Assembly (NCBI GenBank): GCA_964454175.1
Contig: CAYVSA010000003.1
Location: forward strand, 24,000 to 67,760
Origin: an uncultured Pseudomonadota bacterium
Lineage (GTDB): Bacteria > BMS3Abin14
Direction of reading: 5' to 3'
Length of the DNA stretch: 43,761 nucleotides
Shown here: piece after piece, positions 1 through 7,048 of the stretch
Numbering within the stretch: the first letter of the stretch is position 1
How the letters are laid out: each line of letters opens with the position of its first letter
Position numbers and translations under genes: made by a program
The notes under the pieces: generated by a model
The model's input: only the letters and a program-made list of their open reading frames with translations
The model's database searches: none
What the model was told of the DNA's origin: nothing

Positions 1-1557
1 TCGGTTAACACAGGTTACACGGTCCTCCTCAAGATCGGGACTACCTTCCGGACGTTAACCGCCCTGGGCGGGGATGCCTACGCTTACAGCTGGGCCACGG
101 GTTCTTCCTCAGAAGGCACCGGGGCGAAGGCCATGCTGGCTACGGTTCAGGACAGCCAGGGGAACACTGAGTCTGCAGCCTGGTCGGCCATCGTTGACCA
201 CACTGCACCGACTATTACACCATCAGATTCGCCTAACCTCTGGGTCGGTGATACTGCGCCCTATGCATGGACCTTTACTGTAACGGATAATTATGGGTTC
301 GCTGATTCTTCCAATACCGTCCTTGTTACTGTCTCCGGTACCGGAGGTTTTACTGATCAGCCGGCTACGTACGGCGGCAGCACGTGGGATGGGAGCAACT
401 GGAATGCCTCCTATTCATTCATTTGGGCCGGGCCTTCGAGTGGTTTTGAGGATTCGAGGACATGGTCCGTGAAAGCTTACGATTCCTCCCTGCCGGCTCC
501 GGGCAACCTTGGGACGGGAAGCCTGGCATTTAATTATGACAACATTCACCCTACTGCCAGCTCCGTTACTCCAGGCAGCACTGTTGGAACACCTATTCCC
601 GGCTGGGGGCCCTTCGTGAAAGGTACGGTGGACCTGAATACGACGATAAGCGACACTTTCCCACTGTGGGGTTGGCTCTACCTATATAATTATAGTGGAA
701 CTGGTTGGGTACTTACTTACACGACTCCTGCATTTGATCTGACCTCCAGCCCGGCGATAGCTTTCAGCTGGAATACAGGAGGGAACATACCCTCAACGGC
801 CACACCCTGGCCCCAGGGGTTCTATGCAGTATACAGGCTCGGAATGGACTATGCAGGTAATCAGAACGCCGATTTTGGAAGTTCATATAACATTTTCTAT
901 GTTGACAACAACGCACCGAGCATAGTTGGCAGCAACTCGCCGACTATTCCCAACTACGTCACCAGCGTCGTTTCGGTGCCGTACAGCGCGGATGCCAACT
1001 ACGGATACCTGGCCAGCGTTGGCTACTCGATTTACGACTCATCAGTATCGGTGGTGGCATCGTCAGTGCAGACTTTCCCGGTTGCCTCATTAGTAGCAGC
1101 CACAAAGTCGACCTTTACAGTTGACACCCGGGCTCTGACCGAAAACGGCCCACATTCCATATCGGGCCGGGCAGGAGATCACGCTCTGAATTCGTCATCA
1201 ACGGCTCGTGTGCCCTTCGAGGTCTGCAACAGGGTTGCGACGATAACAACCGTCACATGGACTCCCGGTACCGATTACGGCATCCAGGTGGATGGTACCC
1301 TGGTACAGCTCCAGACTTCCGGGACTCCCCTTGATGCTTCCGGGAAGATGTCCATATTTGTGTCGGCCAACGGCAAGTCGTTCTCCGATTCTCTAACGTT
1401 CACAGGTGGTTCTTTCTCATATGCGCATACTATTACCGAGATTAACCCCTCCTTGACTACGGGCGATACGGTTCAGGTGGATGTGGAGAACGTCGATTCA
1501 GGATGTCACACCAACTTTTACATTGACGAGGATACCGACACTGGACCAATACCTTAA
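1..1557 (+). CDS. Large extracellular/surface protein with Ig-like beta-sandwich repeats (5'-truncated)
   Basis: Frame is open from base 1. Ser/Thr/Gly/Trp-rich, with recurring Ig-like repeat ends (VDHTAPTIT, YDNIHPTAS, VDNNAPSI) and D-x-x-G-N motifs. N-terminus is outside the window. Confidence 0.7.
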   Translation, partial: SVNTGYTVLLKIGTTFRTLTALGGDAYAYSWATGSSSEGTGAKAMLATVQDSQGNTESAAWSAIVDHTAPTITPSDSPNLWVGDTAPYAWTFTVTDNYGFADSSNTVLVTVSGTGGFTDQPATYGGSTWDGSNWNASYSFIWAGPSSGFEDSRTWSVKAYDSSLPAPGNLGTGSLAFNYDNIHPTASSVTPGSTVGTPIPGWGPFVKGTVDLNTTISDTFPLWGWLYLYNYSGTGWVLTYTTPAFDLTSSPAIAFSWNTGGNIPSTATPWPQGFYAVYRLGMDYAGNQNADFGSSYNIFYVDNNAPSIVGSNSPTIPNYVTSVVSVPYSADANYGYLASVGYSIYDSSVSVVASSVQTFPVASLVAATKSTFTVDTRALTENGPHSISGRAGDHALNSSSTARVPFEVCNRVATITTVTWTPGTDYGIQVDGTLVQLQTSGTPLDASGKMSIFVSANGKSFSDSLTFTGGSFSYAHTITEINPSLTTGDTVQVDVENVDSGCHTNFYIDEDTDTGPIP

Positions 1558-1818
1558 AGATCGAGGTAGAGCTGGTTATGAAAACCGATATGGATTAAAT
1601 ATAAAGGCCGGGATTTTGGTGAATCACGAAGTGAAGCTCAAAGGTTCTTGCGAAGGCGAAGGGGTTCTTGCCGGTTCCCGATGTTTACAATACGGACTAT
1701 AGATGAATCGGGAGATGAACCAGGATCTCACCATGAAAAAAGTTATCTGCAGCTATGAAATAAAGTCACACAAGGCTACCGGGGGCCTGAAAGTCACCAC
1801 AGTTACGGCATCGGCAGG

Positions 1819-1834
1819 TGGTATGCCTCTTGCT
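1819..1834 (+). promoter_or_regulatory. sigma54 (-24/-12) promoter of the pilX-like gene
   Basis: TGGTATGCCTCTTGCT fits TGGCACG-N4-TTGC(A/T) with exact GG-N10-GC spacing, 44 nt before the start codon; RBS AGGAGG follows. Confidence 0.75.
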
Positions 1835-1878
1835 CTATCATCAAGTGTGGTAGCAGAAATTAACAGGAGGCTAAAAAA

Positions 1879-3606
1879 ATGAATACGAAAAACACATCAC
1901 ATTTTGGTACTGACTCGGAAAGAGGAGCGGCTCTTGTGGTGGCACTCTTTCTCATAACGATCCTGACAGTACTTGGCATGCTGGTTCTGAACACTTCCAT
2001 CGTTGAGACCAAGATGGCTTCCAACCAGAAGGCATCCAGTCAGGTATTTTACGCCGCTGAAGGCGGTCTGGACCGCGGCCTCGGGATACTGGTAGCCGAC
2101 ATGGAAGTGGATACCGGCGCCGGAGGCCCGTGGGGCAATGTGAATTTCCCGGCTTCGGCTGGCGGCATCACCGCATCCTACGTGAACGGCTCAACGGTGT
2201 TCGATCCCACGGTTCGCTCTGTGGAGATGTATCGGGACGGTGACAGTGCTTCACTGGTTAGGAAGCTGGCCTTTTCAAGCGGCGGCACCTCCGTCGGCAA
2301 CGCGAGCTACGAGCTTTATATGTATTCACCCAACAACAGTGAGGTCTATCTGCTCTCCTACGCCAACGGCCCCAGCGGTGTTGCGGCGGTGGAATATCAC
2401 CTGGACACTGACGACCTGTCACCGTATAACAATGCAGTATTTTCAGGGACCGGTCTCAATCCGGAAGATAGTACAACGATGAATATCAGCGGGTCCATTT
2501 ACGCCAACGGCCAGGTCAGCCTCAACGGTAACTCCACTATTACAAACAATTACACTGATGGCGGCATCGACTCCACCCTGGCATCCATGCTCCCCGCCGT
2601 TACGGGTTTGAACACCAACGTCAGGGTCAAGGGCGGCAACTTGACGCTTACCGACAACGCCCAGATCGGTACCACCACAGCAAGCCCCCCTGGTGCTGTT
2701 AACAACATCCAGGTGGATGTCAGCTTCAACAGCGCCCAGCCCTACTATGCCGGCAACGTTGGCTCTGACGTGCCCAATATCCAGATGCCAACGATCCTGA
2801 GTGGCCTGGAGTCCCAGTACCCAGGAATATCCAGCAGTGCGGCCTACTCGGGCATCGGCAACCTCAACGATCGCGCTATGGCTATTTACAAGGATCTCAT
2901 CCGCGGGCAGAACGGATTTGCGCCCAGTGGAACCTACGCAGACCCCAACGCCACCGTTACGTCCAAAGGTGTGGTGATCGATGGGTCCATCTGGGATTGT
3001 CACGATGGCGGTGAATGGAAGACGGGCAAGCTTTCCATCCGGGACTGCACGGCCAATTTTTCCTACACTGATGCTCTGGGCAACGGCATAACATACGACG
3101 CGGCAACGAAGGTAGTCACGATGACAGGAATGGTCCTATTCTCTGACGAGTTCAAGATGGATGTAACCGGTGGGCTTACATATGTTTCGAAAGGGGCTTT
3201 CATAGACTCTGCCGGGACGACAACGGCCCCCACTGGACAGAACGAGCAGGCCGCCCTGGTGATCGCCCAGAAAGAGATGGAGATCAAGAGCAGCTTTACT
3301 CCTGACAACGGCGGTTACCTCCAGGGAGGCAACATGACCAACAGCATAGGTTTTATGGGGGGCAGTGAAATAGAGCTCGAGCCTGCGGCCAATTCACTGA
3401 TTACAGGTTTCTTCTACTCTCCAGGCGAGGTTAAGGTCGAACACACGGCACAGATCGCCGGCACACTCATTGGTGGCGAGTTCAACGCCGAAGACAACGC
3501 TTCTATTTTCCAAGTGCCTGCCCTGAAGAACTTCCTACCCAAATACATGCCCGGCGCCCAGACGATCGTGGCACTCAAGAGCAGGGAGTGGAGGAGAGTG
3601 TATTGA
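1879..3606 (+). CDS. pilX: PilX-like type IV minor pilin with large C-terminal beta-rich domain
   Basis: Class III signal ERG|AALVVALFLITILTVLG without Glu5; PilX N-terminal motif AFY-like 'VFYAAEGGL'; C-terminal 'REWRRVY'. Confidence 0.75.
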   Translation: MNTKNTSHFGTDSERGAALVVALFLITILTVLGMLVLNTSIVETKMASNQKASSQVFYAAEGGLDRGLGILVADMEVDTGAGGPWGNVNFPASAGGITASYVNGSTVFDPTVRSVEMYRDGDSASLVRKLAFSSGGTSVGNASYELYMYSPNNSEVYLLSYANGPSGVAAVEYHLDTDDLSPYNNAVFSGTGLNPEDSTTMNISGSIYANGQVSLNGNSTITNNYTDGGIDSTLASMLPAVTGLNTNVRVKGGNLTLTDNAQIGTTTASPPGAVNNIQVDVSFNSAQPYYAGNVGSDVPNIQMPTILSGLESQYPGISSSAAYSGIGNLNDRAMAIYKDLIRGQNGFAPSGTYADPNATVTSKGVVIDGSIWDCHDGGEWKTGKLSIRDCTANFSYTDALGNGITYDAATKVVTMTGMVLFSDEFKMDVTGGLTYVSKGAFIDSAGTTTAPTGQNEQAALVIAQKEMEIKSSFTPDNGGYLQGGNMTNSIGFMGGSEIELEPAANSLITGFFYSPGEVKVEHTAQIAGTLIGGEFNAEDNASIFQVPALKNFLPKYMPGAQTIVALKSREWRRVY

Positions 3607-3616
3607 TAAGTAACGT

Positions 3617-3646
3617 GTCCAAGGTCCAATGTCCAAAGTCCAACGT
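3617..3646. repeat. Heptamer array (GTCCAAN)4, left arm of a 30-bp inverted repeat
   Basis: GTCCAAG GTCCAAT GTCCAAA GTCCAAC GT. Confidence 0.9.
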
Positions 3647-3672
3647 ATAGAATACATTTAAAACGAATTATG

Positions 3673-3706
3673 AATCCCCCGGGGTCTCCCCCGGGGGATT
3701 TTATTT
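3673..3706 (+). terminator. Intrinsic terminator after pilX-like gene
   Basis: Perfect 12-bp stem AATCCCCCGGGG / CCCCGGGGGATT, 4-nt loop, T-rich tail. Confidence 0.85.
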
Positions 3707-3732
3707 ATGTGCAGAGTGTCAGATATTAGAAA

Positions 3733-3763
3733 ACCAATCACCAATCACCACTCACTAAATACT
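3733..3763. repeat. Heptamer array (ACCAATC-type)
   Basis: ACCAATC ACCAATC ACCACTC ACTAAAT ACT. Confidence 0.8.
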
Positions 3764-3782
3764 CCTCGCGCGCTACGAGTCC

Positions 3783-3824
3783 ACGTTGAACCTTGGACGT
3801 TGGACCTTGGACGTTGGACTTTGT
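3783..3824. repeat. Heptamer array (ACNTTGG)6, right arm, reverse complement of 3617-3646
   Basis: ACGTTGA ACCTTGG ACGTTGG ACCTTGG ACGTTGG ACTTTGT. Confidence 0.9.
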
Positions 3825-3938
3825 CCACCACCCACAATTAATTGTGGTTTTGAATAGAGTTGAATACATAATGTTGTGGATATCGTTTAAGTGTTAAGTA
3901 TAACTAACGGTAATGAAAGGATTTTTTAAATTTTTTAC

Positions 3939-3967
3939 TTGACAAACGTTTTTGGATTAATCATAGT
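3939..3967 (+). promoter_or_regulatory. sigma70-type promoter of HTH-pilMNOPQ
   Basis: TTGACA-N17-CATAGT in an AT-rich tract. Confidence 0.6.
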
Positions 3968-4037
3968 TACGCTAAATTTTTCCATATTAGGCAAAATTTG
4001 GTGTTAATTAAGTAAAATTAAGAGATTGAGGAAGGAC

Positions 4038-4259
4038 ATGAATAAGGCTAAGAAAGATCGGGGAGAAAACAATAACGTCAGGAACCTCAGGGAAGCGAGG
4101 ATGATGTCCAAGGCTGAGCTTGCAAGGTCGGCCGGGGTGTCTGCCCTCACCATCGACAGGGTCGAGAAAGGTTTCCCCTGCCGTATGGACACCAAGAGAA
4201 AGATCATCAAGGCGCTGGGAATGAGGTTGGACGAACGAGAGAGTGTATTTCTCGATTAG
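4038..4259 (+). CDS. XRE/Cro helix-turn-helix protein
   Basis: 'VRNLREARMMSKAELARSAGVSALTIDRVEKG' HTH_3 pattern; a small HTH gene before pilM is typical of this group. Start placed at ATG 4038 after GAGGAAGG. Confidence 0.9.
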   Translation: MNKAKKDRGENNNVRNLREARMMSKAELARSAGVSALTIDRVEKGFPCRMDTKRKIIKALGMRLDERESVFLD

Positions 4260-4271
4260 GGGAGGATTTAG

Positions 4272-5330
4272 ATGGCACTGTTCTCTAGTGGAAAAGTTCT
4301 GGCCGGGCTGGACATCGGATCCAGTTCCATCAAATTAGTCCAGCTCAAGGAGACGGGCAAGGGCTACAGGCTTGTCAACTTCGGTATTCGTCCGCTCCCC
4401 CAGGAAGTAATAGTTGACGGCGCCATAATGGATGCCGGGGTAATAAGCGACACCATCAGGGAGATGGTTAAGGAGATAAAGCTGAAGGTAAAGGATGTGG
4501 CAGTTTCTGTTTCGGGGCATTCAGTTATCATCAAGAAGATCAAGGTCCAGGAAATGACCGAGGAAGAACTGGACAAGAACATCCAGTTCGAGGCCGAACA
4601 GTACGTTCCCTTCGATGCATCCGAAGTGAATATGGATTTCGTGATCCTCGGAGCATCAGAGGACGAGGGCAAGATCGATGTCCTCCTCGTTGTTGTCAAG
4701 AAGGATGTCATCAATGACCTGACTACTGTGGTCAACGATGCCGGGCTCAACCCTGTTGTAGTTGATGTCGATGCCTTTGCCCTGGAAAACATGTATGAAA
4801 CAAACTATGTCCTGACATCTGATGAGGTCGTTGCACTTGTAAATGTCGGGGCCTCGACCACCAACATCAATATCATCAAAGACGGTATTTCAATTTTCAC
4901 ACGGGATATTTCCGTGGGCGGGAACCAGTTCACGGAAGCTTTGCAAAAGCAGCTGCAGGTGAGCTTCGAGGATGCCGAGCTGCTCAAACGGGGTGAACCG
5001 GTCGGAGAGAAGGGCCCTGAGGACGTTGAGCCGATCATGGGGGTTATCGCCGATAACCTGGGACAGGAGGTTCAGCGTTCACTTGACTTTTTCAATTCCT
5101 CCAACCCTGATGTGCAGCTTAACAGGGTCTCCCTCTGCGGCGGTGGTTCAAAGGTCAAACCCATCGTTAAGGCCATTGAGCAGAGGCTGGGCATACAGGT
5201 TGAGATCGCAAATCCCGTTGAGAGCATCAATTACAACAGGAAAAAGTTCGATCCGGAATACCTTGAGGATGTCGCTCCCCAGCTTGGAGTCGGGCTGGGG
5301 CTTGCTATCAGAAAGGCCTTCGACCGATGA
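4272..5330 (+). CDS. pilM: Type IV pilus assembly protein PilM
   Basis: Actin-like motifs GLDIGSSSIK, NVGASTT, LCGGGS; first gene of MNOPQ. Confidence 0.97.
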   Translation: MALFSSGKVLAGLDIGSSSIKLVQLKETGKGYRLVNFGIRPLPQEVIVDGAIMDAGVISDTIREMVKEIKLKVKDVAVSVSGHSVIIKKIKVQEMTEEELDKNIQFEAEQYVPFDASEVNMDFVILGASEDEGKIDVLLVVVKKDVINDLTTVVNDAGLNPVVVDVDAFALENMYETNYVLTSDEVVALVNVGASTTNINIIKDGISIFTRDISVGGNQFTEALQKQLQVSFEDAELLKRGEPVGEKGPEDVEPIMGVIADNLGQEVQRSLDFFNSSNPDVQLNRVSLCGGGSKVKPIVKAIEQRLGIQVEIANPVESINYNRKKFDPEYLEDVAPQLGVGLGLAIRKAFDR

Positions 5331-5893
5331 TTAAGATCAATCTGCTCCCGGTACGAGAAGAGAGAAGAAAATTAAGCGCCCGGCAGGAGAAATTATTTTA
5401 TTTCCTTGTCCTGATCCTGGTGTTCATCGGTGTCTACTACTGGCACTCGTCAACATCCAGGAAGATAAAGGATATGCGGGCACAGGTCGTTCAGACCGAC
5501 CAGGAGATAAACCGCCTTTCCAAGGTCGTCAAGGAAGTCGAAAAATTTAAAAAGGACAAGAAGGTACTTGAAGAAAAAATCAGCGTTATTCAGCACCTTA
5601 AACAGAACCGTAAGGCAGAAGTCCATTACCTGGATGAGATCAACAAGGCACTGCCGCGACAGGTGTGGCTGGTCTACTACCAGGAGAGGGGCGGCAATGT
5701 CGTGATCAGGGGTAAATCCCTTTCGACGGACGGAATTGCGGATTTCATGAGAAACCTGGACAGTTCATCCTTCTTCAAGGAGGTTGAGCTGGATGTTACC
5801 ACCCAAAAGGACATGAATCTGGGTGACAGAGTTTTGAAGATCAACGATTTCTCCCTTCGCTGCAAGGCATTGGGCAGCGGGGGGAAAGTGTAA
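5327..5893 (+). CDS. pilN: Type IV pilus assembly protein PilN
   Basis: N-terminal INLLP motif, single TM, coiled coil. Confidence 0.95.
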   Translation: MIKINLLPVREERRKLSARQEKLFYFLVLILVFIGVYYWHSSTSRKIKDMRAQVVQTDQEINRLSKVVKEVEKFKKDKKVLEEKISVIQHLKQNRKAEVHYLDEINKALPRQVWLVYYQERGGNVVIRGKSLSTDGIADFMRNLDSSSFFKEVELDVTTQKDMNLGDRVLKINDFSLRCKALGSGGKV

Positions 5894-5911
5894 CCCTGAA
5901 AGGGGGAGAAG

Positions 5912-6490
5912 ATGGCAATTGATGCCGAATCCATAGCCAATCTGTCGCCCAGGAAAAAGGCACTGCTCCTTATCGTGGTTGCAGGTATTATTGTGGGGCT
6001 TTACTGGCACCTGGTATACAGGAGCAAGGCGAGGGTGCTCAGGAGCCTCCAGGGCCAACTCAGCTCAAAACAGGCCAAGCTCAATGAAAACCAGGCCATT
6101 GCCCGCAACCTGCCGAGGTTCAAGTCTGAAGTGGGCAAACTCAACGAGAAGCTCAAGCTGGTTGTAAAGGAGCTTCCCAACAGCAGGGAAATACCCAACA
6201 TCCTGCAGACGTTAAACAACCTTAGCGCCATCAATGGATTAGAGGTTGTCTTCATTAAGCCAAGGCGGGATGTCGACAAGGGTTTTTATGCTGAAGTCCC
6301 GATCCAGATCAAAGTGCGGGGCGGCTACCATGAAGTGGGGATGTTCCTCGATTCTGTCAGCAAGCTTCCGCGGATCATCAATATCAGCGACATTACCCTT
6401 GGAAATCCCAGGGATGACAAGAGCGGGGCGATGACCCTCGACGTCAGCGCCCTGGCTACAACCTACCGCTACGTTGAGAAGGGGGACTGA
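5912..6490 (+). CDS. pilO: Type IV pilus assembly protein PilO
   Basis: TM plus coiled coil; 'LPNSREIP', 'FYAEVPI', 'GGYHEVGMF', 'LPRII'. Confidence 0.95.
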   Translation: MAIDAESIANLSPRKKALLLIVVAGIIVGLYWHLVYRSKARVLRSLQGQLSSKQAKLNENQAIARNLPRFKSEVGKLNEKLKLVVKELPNSREIPNILQTLNNLSAINGLEVVFIKPRRDVDKGFYAEVPIQIKVRGGYHEVGMFLDSVSKLPRIINISDITLGNPRDDKSGAMTLDVSALATTYRYVEKGD

Positions 6491-6493
6491 CAG

Positions 6494-7048
6494 ATGCAAT
6501 CGGCTACGCGCGGTCTCCGTTACTGGATGCCGCTCCTGATCCTGACATTGGCAGCAGGTGGAACTATCCTGGGCTGCGGCAAGTCATCTCCGACACCTGC
6601 AAGCAAACCGCTGCCGACCCTGAAAAGGCCGAAAGCGCCCGCCGCTTCCGCGAAGGCTTCTACATCCGGTTCGGCAGTCGCAGCAGGTGAGTTTAATTAC
6701 GATCCTTCAGGCTTCAGGGATCCATTTCTGTCCCTCCTGCAGGTGAAGAAGGTGAGGGACCAGGTCCCTCTGGAAGAACTCACACCACTGCAGAAGGTCT
6801 CGCTGGCCGACCTGCGGCTCCAGGGGATCATCCTCCTGGGGAAAAAAGGCGTTGCCCAGGTGCTCACCCCGGACGGGAAGGCCCACGTGGTGACCCCGGG
6901 TACTCTTGTTGGTCGAAACAGGGGTAAAGTACTCAAGATTACTTCTGATGAAGTTATTGTACAGGAAGAATTCGAAGATTACCTTGGGCAGAAAGTTAAA
7001 CAGGAAACTGTCCTCAGGCTGCATACGCTAGAAGGGGAGACTTTGTGA
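6494..7048 (+). CDS. pilP: Type IV pilus lipoprotein PilP
   Basis: Lipobox ILGC; 'YDPSGFRDPF'; 'PDGKAHVV...VGRNRGKV'. Confidence 0.93.
   Translation: MQSATRGLRYWMPLLILTLAAGGTILGCGKSSPTPASKPLPTLKRPKAPAASAKASTSGSAVAAGEFNYDPSGFRDPFLSLLQVKKVRDQVPLEELTPLQKVSLADLRLQGIILLGKKGVAQVLTPDGKAHVVTPGTLVGRNRGKVLKITSDEVIVQEEFEDYLGQKVKQETVLRLHTLEGETL

Noticed and set aside
1745-1830. c-di-GMP-I/GEMM riboswitch before pilX (ACAAGGCTACCGGG..CCTGAAAG)
   Set aside because: No convincing GGCAAA/GNRA-capped stem, and it lies upstream of the sigma54 promoter. A cmsearch with RF01051 would settle it.
2989-3051. Heme-binding motif in PilX ('IWDCH')
   Set aside because: Not CxxCH; the two Cys more likely form a disulfide.
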